From Octopus bimaculoides (Eukaryota), in contig NC_068989.1 in NCBI RefSeq assembly GCF_001194135.2, forward strand, positions 89,349,946 through 89,390,869: a stretch of DNA of 40,924 bases, read 5' to 3'. Under the pieces are notes generated by a model. The model had not been told where the DNA came from. It made no database searches and saw only the letters and a list, made by a program, of their open reading frames with translations. The first letter of the stretch is position 1. Every line of letters starts with the position of its first letter. Shown here piece by piece: positions 12,211-22,808 of the stretch. Both the position numbers and the translations under genes were made by a program.

Positions 12211-15200
12211 GTTTAAGGTGTCTGTCACAGTGTTTCATCAATAAAGATGAAGACTTAAATGTTTCTGAACAAAATACCCAATGGCATTGCCAATTATTCC
12301 ACTTAGCAATTTGTCCTTTCAAGTGTTCACTGTGCAAATGGAATCTCAAGTCTTCGTACAAACCAAATGTTAATGTGCACTTGTTATATCTACAGACCCA
12401 CCCTTTTGGTGAGGAATCACTGGGTATATCAAAAGCCTCAACAAGGCCATAAAAGTTCCCACTGTAGATTTTCCTATCAGACACAGTCAAACAGGAGATG
12501 CTTTGTTTGCCTGCACCGTAAAAAGAGAATGGCTTTATTTTGTCTAAGTCTGTGACTGATCCCCAATACACATTGATTAATTTATCATGACTACCAGTCA
12601 CAAGTATTTTATTGTCAACATAAAGACACGACACTGTGCCAGAATGACCCTGAATGCATCTCACAAGGTCTCCTGTTTCAATGTCAAAGACAGCCAGTTT
12701 CCTATCTTCTGAACAGCTGTATATCAAGTTTTGAGACACTTTGATTGAATAAAGTAGTCTTTGACAGGGCAGCAAGGTTTTCAAAAGAAGGCCTGATGAT
12801 GCAGAGACGATAAGAATTGAAGCATCATAAGCACCGATGCAAAGAATTTTGAGAGCCCCTTCAGTACAAGTGGCAAGACAATGAATTGGTTTAGTTCCGT
12901 ATGATATATTACTGATTTCCTTCAATGTCTTCAAGTTTATCTTAGACACACCACCATCAGCAAGGCCAATAAAAAGATAATTCCATTTTTCATGAAAAGT
13001 GTAAATTTTTCTCATGAGATCAATTTTTGTCAGCAACTGTCCAGTAATTTCATTAAATACAAGAAGCATTTCACTCGCACCACCAGAGAACACTCGTGGG
13101 TTTTCAAAAGAAAACCCAGTCACTAACATACATTGGACTGAAAATGGCTGACAGTTGTATTCTTTTACACAAATTGCAGTTCTAAGATCAAACTTCTGAG
13201 GTGAGTGTCCCTGATATGAAACATAGAGGTAATTCCCAAATATGGCACAATTTGTGACAGGATAATTGGGACCTTTGAAGACAGTATTAGGGGTGGACAC
13301 AAAATCAGAAAACTTTTCTTGACTTTTAGTTGAAAATTGATTTTGTAAAGTATCTGTGCTGGAACCTTCAGGTATAGTATTTAAGACTTGTCGAGGGGCT
13401 GTAGAAGATGGCAATTTATTTACAGTTTTATCAGCGCCATTATCTTCCGAACTGCTATCACCGTCAATTATAATTAGACTAATTGAAGAATCATCTGATG
13501 ATTGTTCATTTTTGGAAATGGTTTCCGAGAGTTTTGAGTTGCTCTTTGCAGTGTTTACATCTACACTTTCTATATATTTAGATCCTGAAGAATTTGAGGA
13601 TAAAGAGAGCGGCTTGATAGAAACTACAGGATTTAAACTGGCAGGCAGAACAAAGTTGTTGGCTTCATCAACATTTATAATGTAAGGAGAAGGTTTAGCA
13701 ATTTGTGATGGAGTTAAGTGGTTCTCAGTTCTCATAGAAGTTTCACACGTTGAAGTAAATGGAGGTAAACTGGAGACGTTTGCAACTGGCACCGTGTCAT
13801 CAGTTTGTCCCTGTGGGAAACATTTATTCATGGTAACATTCTGCTTCTTCCAACATTCTTTCAACTGTTCTACCAAATTATTAGACATGCTCCCTAAATA
13901 TTTCATCGACACATTACCTGAACATTTTTCAGGATCCACATTCTCAATACAAGACGAGTCTAATAAGTTTTTCATTGAAAGTGATGAAAAGAATTCTAAT
14001 TCTTCATCTGATTTCTCTTTGTCATTGTGGTTAGCAGGAACTGAATTCGGTTTCGCTGAATGGTTTGAGGTTGTGGTAGACTGTAATGATGTAGCACTCT
14101 GCTGAACACAAGTAGTGGTGGCCACTTCAAGAACTGGTGAAGTTACTGGCAAATTACTTTCTGACTTGCTGGCATTAACTAACCTATTTTCAGAAGAGAC
14201 TGGATTATCAGTATTAGAACCAACTTCTCCAACACTGCTTTCTGGAAACAAATGAGGTTGACCCTTTTCAAAGCAGTTCACTTTCTGTTGGTTATCAATG
14301 TGGGAAAAAGCTGATGAGGAATCTTGGTTAAGTTCACCCAAACCAAATCCACCAAAGTCTGTTGGTGATTTTGGTTCTTCTTTAATGCTTACAAAGTTAA
14401 AGCCTGAATCAGAAACTGGTGGATTAGTTTCAATGGCTTCTGGAGAGATTGGCTCTGTTTTGATTTGAACATTGTCAAATGTGGAGGTCACTGGAAGTGT
14501 TGTTGGCTCAACAGAAGCCTCGGATTCACAATTTCCATCATTTTCCTTCTTCACAGAAGTTAAACTATGGCTGATTTCTGACACTTTTTTAGACAAGTCC
14601 GTTATGTTTGCTTGCATGTCAACAGAATCTGATGCATTATTATTGTCAGAGTTGGTAATTTTCGATGATGATGATGATGATGACACAGAAGACGGAGCTT
14701 TGAAATTAATGTGTTGTTGTGGAGGGAAAGAAAAATGTAGAGATTTTGAAGAGTTTAAGGTATTCTTTTCTTTTGTTGACAGTAATGGGTCCTCCTGGTT
14801 GAACTGGAAAATACTACCCTTCAGCCCTTTTTTCCCAGAAGAAGTGTTATTTGGAACATCTGGTGGTTGCAAGGTATTGATCCCTTCTTGTGAACTTTCC
14901 TGTAGCTTTAGCATATCTGAAAAGTGCTTTTGATTTTTAAACACAGAATCTTTTAATGTTTTGGGCAGTTTCAGACCTTTGGTGACATCTTTTATTAATA
15001 AAAGATTTGCCATATATTTGTTTTGTGAGTTTGATTGGTGAAGTGTCTCTTGTGTGACCGAACCTGGTTGTTGGAGTCGGGTCCCTTGTGCTGGACAATT
15101 CATCTGGAGTTTGTTGAACACTGACTCAGTTTGCTTTCCTTTTGCTAACAGAGCAGCCAGTGTGGGTTGTTTTTGTTGGGCTGTGGTTAGGATGCCAGTA

Positions 15201-18200
15201 TTTTCTGACACAACAGCAGGTCTACATGTTTCTTGTGCCGTTGTACCATCTTGTTGCATACCAAATGGCTGTTCATTACATGATTCTGGTGGTACTGGGA
15301 TGTTTTGGTGTGTTCCCTCAGAAGCCAAGTGAGATCTCAACAAGTGATTAATTAATTCACTGTTACTGCGATTAGTGTCTCCCATGGCTTCCTTGAGAAT
15401 GCCTATGCGCATTTTTCGTATGTTTTGCTCTTCTTCCATGAGGCCCAGCTGTTCATCTTTACAGGCTTGCAGAGCAATCTTTGAATCTTCAATTAATTTC
15501 TCCAAGTAAGAGATTCTTTGATTTAAATTACTGATGTTACCACACACCTCTTCCTCTCGTAAAGTTAACAAATAGACCTGGTTGAAAACATCAGATGTCT
15601 GGCTGTTTGGTTCCACTGTGTTCTCCACTGCAACATTCTGGTCGACTATTTTGGATGAGTTACTTGCAGCAGTAGTAGTAGATGTAGTGGTAGTTATTGT
15701 TGAAATAGCAGTATTGGTTGTTGTAGTAGGGGTACAGATGGTAGCACAACTTGATGGAGGTGCCTGCCGTGCATTTTTCGACAGAGATTTCTTTGTGCTT
15801 TTTTTGTTTCCTGCTGAAACTGAGGACTTTGTACTTGCAGAACTCAAGTTTGATTGATCAAGATCGAATAAAGGTTGTAAAGGATCTGACACTGTGGTTG
15901 GTACGAGATTCATCTGTATATTTGCTTGACTAGTTTTTGTCATTAACTGGTCTGAATTGGAAAATGTCTCTGTATTTCCTAATTCATCCATGTTCTCTTT
16001 CTTAATCAACATTGTTATTTGTTCCTCTAAGCCCTCAGGTAAGTTCAACTTTTCACTGTTTTCCTTTTGGTTGGTACTGTTATAGATACTAGACAGCTGC
16101 ATGGTCAATCTTGGTACTGCTGACCTCTTGTTTTGAGTCTTTGTGTAGGACTTCATTACAGAGCTTAAATGCATTTTTTCCTTATGGTTCAAGCAAGAAA
16201 GTTTGGTCATTTTCACCAGTTCTTCCTTACCGACATTTTTACTAAGCTGTTGTTTCTCAACAGTTGTTGAGTCGAGCTTTGCTGGAGTTATTTCTTCTGA
16301 ATGATTTGAACGTTCTTGTAAACTGGAAACAGTTGAGTAATTACTCGCAGTTTCAACCTTTTTCCTTGAATTTTTTGCAGCATCTGGATTCAAGTTTTGA
16401 TTTTTCTCAGAAATGCTCATTTCCTTGCTTGTAGAACATTTTAGTTTTTTCAAGAGATTAGGTTTCCCCGAACCTGCAAGATATTCAGAAGAAAGGGTCC
16501 TTTTCCTTGCCACACCACTAACTGCAGTTTCACTCAAAGAACCAGTTGGTTTACAAGTTGTAATGTCTATGCTACTTGAAGAAGAATTTGGCTTCGTTTC
16601 AATTGATTTTGTTGTTTTGGAGTCAGGCTCCTTAGAGTCAGCTGACTTGATTATCAGTCCACTGTTTTCAGAACTTTGAGACAAAGAATTACAAATTTCT
16701 AAGTTTTTACTATTTTTGGTAGCTTCCACAATAACACAGGGTATCTTGGGTGAATTATTACTATTTTCAGAAGTTTCCACAGCATCACTGGGTACATTAG
16801 GTGAGTATTTACTATTTTGGGGTGTCTGCACAACATCACTAACTACACTGGGTGAATTGTTACTGTTTTTGGTTGTTTCCACAGCTTCACTGGGTATAGA
16901 GGGTGAATTGTGACTATCTTTGGACGTTTCCCTAGTATCACTGGGAACAGAGGGTGAACGTAATAAGTTTTCACTCTGCACTTTGACAGTTTTATCCCTT
17001 GATTCTGTTTCCATTTGAGAAACACAAAAGCTGTTTTGATTAAGCGCTTTCGACTTATTATCCTGGTCGTCTTTAACCGCTTCTAATGGCTTGGTGACCT
17101 TTGAAGGAACGGCTTTTAAAACAGATTCAGGTTGTGCTTTGGAGGGAACTTTCAGGGGTGATAATTGTAGAGGTTTTGAATGTTTTTTTGTGGTGTTTGA
17201 TGTTTTTAAAGATCTGTTTTTAGTTGTGAGCTTAGATGATCTGAAGTCTTTAGTTTGGACACGTGACAAAGAGGAATGTTGAGAACTATTATTATTGTCT
17301 TTCATGAACCCTGCTGTCAGTTTATTTGTAAATACTTTATCTCCTTTGTCAGTTGTGGCATTAATCAAATTCAACCTGACAATGTCTAAGTTATTTTTCT
17401 GAAAATCCTCCTCTAAAAACAGTCCTTGTCTAAAGCCAGAAGGGGTTGTAACGACCATTTTTTTCTTAGATCTTGGGGCTAACACACTTCTGGACAAACT
17501 CTGTTTGCTGTCTTTCACCAATCCCTTTTTAGCAGGAAGCCGATTGGCTGACAAGCTTTGGTCATTTGTGGATGAACTGCTTGGGACATCTACTTTATCT
17601 TTCTTAATTTTCTTTTTCTTCATCATGGCATTTTTTTTGCCAACAGAAACCTCATTTTGTTTTACTGGATGAACTTTTAAAAATTTCTGGTCACCACCAT
17701 GAACCACAGAATTGTTCTCATTACAATTCAAACTGATTCTTTCCTCACTAAAATGGACACCAGCTCTCATGGGATTCCCTCTTCCATATTGGTCACCATG
17801 GCCTATCCCTGGCGGATACCTTTGATGCGGCTGACCACCATGAACCATAGAATTGTTCTCATTACAATTAAAACTTCTTTCCTCACTAAAATGGACACCA
17901 GCTCTCATGGGATTCCCTCTTACATATTGGTCACCATGATACGGCTGACCACCATACCTTTGATACGGCTGACCACTATGATCCATAGAATTGTTCTCAT
18001 TACAATTAAAACTTCTTTCCTCACTGAAATGGACACCAGCTCTCATGGGATTCCCTTTCACATATTGGTCACCACTGCCTGTCCCTGGCGGATACCTTTG
18101 ATACGGCTGTGGCAAATGTTTACGACTGTTTAAAGGAGAGATGTAAGGTTTCAAGTGGGAAAAAGGGTAACTTAAATGCCAACTCTTGTTTGGCATCAGA

Positions 18201-18505
18201 AAAGGTGGAACAGGTGTCTTCAGGGACAATAGAGAGCAAGGTTTTGTACTCTCAGATATTTTCTTCTCTCGTAATTTTGTCAATGCTTTTTTGTGCTTCA
18301 GTTCATTCAAATGTTGGCCATATTGAACTAAATTATTCGAGGAAGCCTGGCACAGACAACACACGTGTTCTGGGGGTTTTTCTTTCTGCTCCAATCTCAC
18401 ATGATGCATCAAGGACCAAAGATGCTCCCGCAGCTCCGGTTGACTTGCATAGGACAGCTTGCAAACCTCACAATGGAATGTGGAGGCCTTTGCTGCGTCA
18501 CTCAT
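12206..18505 (-). CDS. ZNF106: Zinc finger protein 106 orthologue, 2099 aa, intronless CDS
   Basis: N-terminal fingers (CEVC..EHLWSLMHH; CCLC..HLNELKH), an LTLREEE coiled coil (~15390-15590), WD40 repeats (~12420-13290, including LATCTEGALKILCIGAYD and GLLLKTL) and two C-terminal C2H2 fingers. Order and motifs match vertebrate ZNF106 as recalled. An in-frame TGA lies upstream of the ATG and a 3' splice site (tttctcaccag) 33 nt upstream. Confidence 0.9.
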   Translation of the reverse strand: MSDAAKASTFHCEVCKLSYASQPELREHLWSLMHHVRLEQKEKPPEHVCCLCQASSNNLVQYGQHLNELKHKKALTKLREKKISESTKPCSLLSLKTPVPPFLMPNKSWHLSYPFSHLKPYISPLNSRKHLPQPYQRYPPGTGSGDQYVKGNPMRAGVHFSEERSFNCNENNSMDHSGQPYQRYGGQPYHGDQYVRGNPMRAGVHFSEERSFNCNENNSMVHGGQPHQRYPPGIGHGDQYGRGNPMRAGVHFSEERISLNCNENNSVVHGGDQKFLKVHPVKQNEVSVGKKNAMMKKKKIKKDKVDVPSSSSTNDQSLSANRLPAKKGLVKDSKQSLSRSVLAPRSKKKMVVTTPSGFRQGLFLEEDFQKNNLDIVRLNLINATTDKGDKVFTNKLTAGFMKDNNNSSQHSSLSRVQTKDFRSSKLTTKNRSLKTSNTTKKHSKPLQLSPLKVPSKAQPESVLKAVPSKVTKPLEAVKDDQDNKSKALNQNSFCVSQMETESRDKTVKVQSENLLRSPSVPSDTRETSKDSHNSPSIPSEAVETTKNSNNSPSVVSDVVQTPQNSKYSPNVPSDAVETSENSNNSPKIPCVIVEATKNSKNLEICNSLSQSSENSGLIIKSADSKEPDSKTTKSIETKPNSSSSSIDITTCKPTGSLSETAVSGVARKRTLSSEYLAGSGKPNLLKKLKCSTSKEMSISEKNQNLNPDAAKNSRKKVETASNYSTVSSLQERSNHSEEITPAKLDSTTVEKQQLSKNVGKEELVKMTKLSCLNHKEKMHLSSVMKSYTKTQNKRSAVPRLTMQLSSIYNSTNQKENSEKLNLPEGLEEQITMLIKKENMDELGNTETFSNSDQLMTKTSQANIQMNLVPTTVSDPLQPLFDLDQSNLSSASTKSSVSAGNKKSTKKSLSKNARQAPPSSCATICTPTTTTNTAISTITTTTSTTTAASNSSKIVDQNVAVENTVEPNSQTSDVFNQVYLLTLREEEVCGNISNLNQRISYLEKLIEDSKIALQACKDEQLGLMEEEQNIRKMRIGILKEAMGDTNRSNSELINHLLRSHLASEGTHQNIPVPPESCNEQPFGMQQDGTTAQETCRPAVVSENTGILTTAQQKQPTLAALLAKGKQTESVFNKLQMNCPAQGTRLQQPGSVTQETLHQSNSQNKYMANLLLIKDVTKGLKLPKTLKDSVFKNQKHFSDMLKLQESSQEGINTLQPPDVPNNTSSGKKGLKGSIFQFNQEDPLLSTKEKNTLNSSKSLHFSFPPQQHINFKAPSSVSSSSSSSKITNSDNNNASDSVDMQANITDLSKKVSEISHSLTSVKKENDGNCESEASVEPTTLPVTSTFDNVQIKTEPISPEAIETNPPVSDSGFNFVSIKEEPKSPTDFGGFGLGELNQDSSSAFSHIDNQQKVNCFEKGQPHLFPESSVGEVGSNTDNPVSSENRLVNASKSESNLPVTSPVLEVATTTCVQQSATSLQSTTTSNHSAKPNSVPANHNDKEKSDEELEFFSSLSMKNLLDSSCIENVDPEKCSGNVSMKYLGSMSNNLVEQLKECWKKQNVTMNKCFPQGQTDDTVPVANVSSLPPFTSTCETSMRTENHLTPSQIAKPSPYIINVDEANNFVLPASLNPVVSIKPLSLSSNSSGSKYIESVDVNTAKSNSKLSETISKNEQSSDDSSISLIIIDGDSSSEDNGADKTVNKLPSSTAPRQVLNTIPEGSSTDTLQNQFSTKSQEKFSDFVSTPNTVFKGPNYPVTNCAIFGNYLYVSYQGHSPQKFDLRTAICVKEYNCQPFSVQCMLVTGFSFENPRVFSGGASEMLLVFNEITGQLLTKIDLMRKIYTFHEKWNYLFIGLADGGVSKINLKTLKEISNISYGTKPIHCLATCTEGALKILCIGAYDASILIVSASSGLLLKTLLPCQRLLYSIKVSQNLIYSCSEDRKLAVFDIETGDLVRCIQGHSGTVSCLYVDNKILVTGSHDKLINVYWGSVTDLDKIKPFSFYGAGKQSISCLTVSDRKIYSGNFYGLVEAFDIPSDSSPKGWVCRYNKCTLTFGLYEDLRFHLHSEHLKGQIAKWNNWQCHWVFCSETFKSSSLLMKHCDRHLKQ
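16703..16957 (-). repeat. Coding tandem repeat in ZNF106, 5 x 51 bp (17 aa, SP-initiated)
   Basis: SPSVPSDTRETSKDSHN / SPSIPSEAVETTKNSNN / SPSVVSDVVQTPQNSKY / SPNVPSDAVETSENSNN / SPKIPCVIVEATKNSKN. Confidence 0.9.
17692..18109 (-). repeat. Coding tandem repeat in ZNF106, 3 x 138 bp (46 aa)
   Basis: Units start at 18109, 17971 and 17833. Consensus QPYQRY...GDQY..GNPMRAGVHFSEER.FNCNENNS..HGG. Confidence 0.95.
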
Positions 18506-18707
18506 GTTTCTTCTTACAATGGGTTCACATCAGATTTCCTGGTGAGAAAGAAAAATATAGGTTTAAATACAAGTGTTATGTATATGTATGAGTATATATA
18601 AATATATGAATGTATATAGGCATATATATGTACACACATAAATATATACGTGTATGTATGTGTATATATGTATGAGTGTGATTATATATATATATAAAAA
18701 GGCAGTG

Positions 18708-18910
18708 AGTTAATAGAAGCATTAGCATGCTGGATGAAATGGTTGGTGGTATTTTACCGTTGCTACGTTCTGAGTTGAATTTCTGCTGAGGTTGACTTTG
18801 CTTTCATCCTTTCAGGGTCAATAAATAAGTACCAGTTAAAAACTGGGGGTTGATGTAATCGACTAGTCCCCTCCCCACAAATCTGAGGCTTTGTGCCTCC
18901 AGTAGAAAGG
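18708..18910 (+). mobile_element. SINE, Meta-like family
   Basis: Same core sequence as the copies at 122-600. Confidence 0.75.
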
Positions 18911-19319
18911 ATATATATATATACATATATATATATACACACACACACACACATACATATATATATACACACACACATATATACACATATACAGACACAC
19001 ACATATATACACACACACATACACATATACATATATATACCCACCCAATAGGGTGCATCTTATACACTGGCCAATATAGTATATGCTAATAGATATGTGT
19101 GTATGTATGCATGTATGTNNNNNNNNNNACACACATATATACACATATACAGACACACACATATATACACACACACATACACATATACATATATATACCC
19201 ACCCAATAGGGTGCATCTTATACACTGGCCAATATAGTATATGCTAATAGATATGTGTGTATGTATGCATGTATGTTAGTGTGTGTGTATACTTTTACTT
19301 GTGTCAGTCATATATGTAT

Positions 19320-19950
19320 ATCATCATCATTGTTTAACGTTCGCTTTCCATGCTGGCATGGGTTGAACGTTTCCACTGAGGTCTGGGCAGCCAGAAGACT
19401 GCACCAGGCTCCAATCTGATCTGGCAGAGCTGGATGCCCTTCCTAACACCAACCACTCCAAGATTGTAATGGGTGCTTTTTACGTGCCACCAGCACAGGA
19501 GTCAGTAAGGCAGGCCATATATAATACATAATCATTATCATCATCATTCTTTAATGTGCTTTTTCCATGCTGGCGTGGGTTGGACAGTTTGGCCAGAGCT
19601 GGAGAGCTGCACCAAGTTCTGGTCTGATTTGGCTTGGCTTCTCTGTCTGGATGCCCTTCCTAATGCCAACCACATTGCAGTGTATGCTGGGTGCTTTTAA
19701 TGTGGCATGGCAGGAGTGCTTCTACATGACACTGGCACAAGTGCCTTTTTATATGGTACCTACACTGTGCTCCTGCCGGCTAATCCTCTTTAACAGGGGG
19801 AGTGGCCTTAACACTTCCACTGGGGATGACGGGTCTTCTTGAGTACAGCAAGGAACCAGGTATCTTGGCCCTTTGTCATCTTGTCTGAGAGGTTCTGGTG
19901 CCACATAAAAAGCACCCAGTTGGCATTAGGAAGGGCAACCATGCCAACAC
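19320..19950 (-). mobile_element. Copies of a (TGA)n-tailed retroposon 3' end, one piece inverted
   Basis: On +: (CAT)n-TTTAACG..TTTCCATGCTGGCATGGGTTGGA..GATGCCCTTCCTAA..CCAACC. Other copies at ~2700-2810, 20288-20500, 20675-20805 and 24105-24300. An inverted piece lies at ~19895-19945. Confidence 0.7.
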
Positions 19951-20804
19951 ATAGACAATGGAACTTTGTGTGAATCTTGGCTATATATATATGAGTATAT
20001 ATACTGGCATACAACAAGCTTCTTTCAGTTCTTGTGCACCAAATCCACACACAATAACTTTGGTTGCTCAGGATTGTGGTAGAAGACATTTGCTCTTGCC
20101 CAAAATGCCATGCAGTAGGACTAAGATGACATGGGTAGAGAAGCAGGCTTTCCAACCACACAGCCACACCTACACCAATGCGACTAAGGAACTGGGTAAG
20201 GCAGGATATGACAGTAGAATGTGAACCAGGGTGGGAATAAGACAGAATGGTCAGGTAAAAGTATGGAGGGGGTAAGTAATGAAAGGGCATCATCATCATC
20301 ATTATCATTTGTTTGCTTTTCATCCTGGCATGGGTTGGATGGTTTGACAGAAGCCGGCAAACTGGAGTGCTGCACCAGGGTCTGTGTTGGTATGTTTTCT
20401 ATGGCTGGATGCCCTTCCTAATGCCAACCACTTTATAGAATACATTGGGTGTTTTTTATGTGGCACCAACAGCAGCACAGGTACTAATTATGTGGCACTG
20501 GCACTATGTATTTAATAGGAGTGATGAAGAGTGTGTGAGACAGAGAGAGCAAGTGGAGGACATTCATAGAAATGGTAAGTGGAAAGTGCTTGACAGATAG
20601 CAATAATAACTTGAGAAAGAAAGAAAGAAAAAGAAAGAAAGAAAGAATATTGCTAATTGTTGACTAAACATAAATCATCATCATTTAATGACTGTTTTCC
20701 ATGCTGGTATGGGTTGGACAGTTTTACAAGAGCCATACCAGGTTCCATTGCCTGTTTCAGCAGCTGGATACCCTTCATAACACCAACCACTTTATAGGGT
20801 GTAA

Positions 20805-21135
20805 GGCACCATCACCTGTGCCTTTTACGTGACACCATCACCAGTGTTTTTTAGGTGACACTAGCACCAGTACCTTTTAGGTGGCACCATCACCAGTGCC
20901 CTTTAGGTGGCACCATCACCAGTGCCTTGTAGGTGGCACCATCACCCGTGCCTTTTAGGTGGCACCATCACCCGTGCCTTTTAGGTGGCACCATCACCAG
21001 TGGCTTTTAGGTGACACCATCACCTGTGCCTTTTACGCGACACCATCACCAGTGCCGTTTACGTGGCACCATCACTCGTGCCTTTTATGTGGCACCATCA
21101 CCAGTGCTTTTCAAGTGGCTCCAGCACCAACAGCG
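20805..21135. repeat. Minisatellite, about 12.5 x 26 bp (GGCACCATCACCAGTGCCTTTTAGGT)
   Basis: Head-to-tail units with point variants and no spacers. Confidence 0.95.
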
Positions 21136-21579
21136 TCATCAAGTCCCTTGCACAACTTGTAATTGAATAGTATAATTAATTATTGCATAATTAATAATTA
21201 CAATAATTAATTCTGACATTCCCTGTTTATCCATTCAACAATAAGATTTATGTTCTTATATTATTATATTTATATGGCTTAAAATTGCAAGCAAATATAA
21301 TTTCATAATTATATAATTAATTGCATAATCAATAATTATATAATTGGTAATTACAATAATTAATAATTGCATGAGTGGCTGTGTGGTTAAGAAACCTGCT
21401 CCCTAACCACATGGGGTTAGAATAAGTACTGAGCTTAAAAATCTAGGGTTCATTTGTTTGACTAAACACTTCAAGGCTGTACTCCAGCTTGGCCACAGTC
21501 CAGTGACTGAAACAAGTGAAAAATATTGGATAACAGAAAAGATAATTAATTCTTACATTTCATGATTTATGTCTCACCT

Positions 21580-22380
21580 AAATGAATTATCCAATAAGAT
21601 TTATATCATCATCATTCTTATATCAATTATATATCACTAAAACTGCACAGTCATGTATAATAATCGTGTTAAATCATGATAACATTTCCACCCAAGGGTG
21701 GTGCTGGACATCCTGCAAGCATCTGATTGATGGCAACATTGGTCAATATCTTCGCCTTTATCAATATTCCAAGAAATTTCCAGATATTTCCATAGAACGA
21801 AAATAATACTAGGCTTACATGTGGTTATGCCATCCTACCAAGGAGTTAATGGTGCAGAATAAACTACATGATTATACATATTCCACAGCTTATAGAGAAA
21901 ACATGGAGCTTGCATGTTACATCAACACATTCTGTCAATAAGTGTGGCTTTGAAGCCGTCTATAACAGGATCAGTTTCAGGCAACACAGTCTCTTGAAGA
22001 TTTTCAAATGTATGTCACTTTATCTAATTTAATGACAACATATTAGTTTTCAGGGCAAACTCAATATCATTTCAATATTTTCTTTGCAATCCCTCACACT
22101 GCAGCTTGTGGTGTATTGCTATGAGTGTTAGTAACTTTTCTTCTTGATTTCCTGCTGTACAAAGAGGACTTCTGGGTGAAGTACGTCGGCAGCATGAGTA
22201 CAATCATTTTCATAACTTACTGTTTCATTTCCACAAACTTTAACTTAGGTTTCACATTTGCCATGTTGCTGGTTCTGACATTCATATGATACAACTCTAT
22301 TTGCCAATTCTTTCTGCTTCACATCTTTGTATCAATCACAAGTAGGCTTCATTTTACTACATTTGCTTTGCATTAACTCC
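21580..22380 (-). mobile_element. Degraded MULE (Mutator-like) transposase remnant
   Basis: Manual translation across stops and frameshifts gives a FLYWCH-like segment (YECQNQQHGKC..CTHAADV, ~22170-22290) and C-terminal MULE-type motifs LWNMYNH, GWHNH (21821-21838) and IWKFLGIL...QMLAGCPAPP. The DDE core was not seen. Confidence 0.6.
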
Positions 22381-22474
22381 AGGACTGAATCACAAAAATT
22401 ATGGCATACTTACAGAGTTATAGTTGTACTATTTGTAGTTCAAGTATATTGTGATATATTGAGAGACTTGGTGA

Positions 22475-22808
22475 AAGCGCATGGCTCAGTGGTTAGAGCG
22501 TCGAGCTTACGATCATGAGGTTGTAAGTTCGAATCCCAGACTAGGCTGCGTGTTGTGTTCTTGAGCAAGGTACATTATTTCACGTTGCTCCAGTTCACTC
22601 AGCTGTAGAAATGAGTTGCGACGTCACAGGTGCCAAGCTGTATCAGCCCCTTTGCCTTTCCCTTGGATAACATCGGTGGCGTGGAGAGGGGAGGCTGGTA
22701 TGCATGGGCAACTGCTGGTCTTCCATAAACAACCTTGCCCGGACTTGTGCCTGGGAGGGTAACTCTCTAGGTGCAATCCCAGGGTCAGTCATGACCGAAG
22801 GGGGTCTC
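22475..22808 (+). mobile_element. tRNA-derived SINE, third family, intact Pol III boxes
   Basis: A-box TGGCTCAGTGGTTAGAGCG and B-box GTTCGAATCCC, continuing into a non-tRNA body. Confidence 0.8.

Noticed and set aside
12367-18601. Many + strand ORFs of 60-160 aa opposite ZNF106
   Set aside because: They are antisense shadows of a long Ser/Thr/Asn-rich ORF and its repeats; no domains or splice support.
20805-21135. 26-bp repeats as a CRISPR array
   Set aside because: Units are contiguous with no unique spacers, there are no cas genes, and the context is eukaryotic.
22475-22550. tRNA gene
   Set aside because: A and B boxes are present but there is no closing acceptor stem, and the sequence runs into a SINE body.
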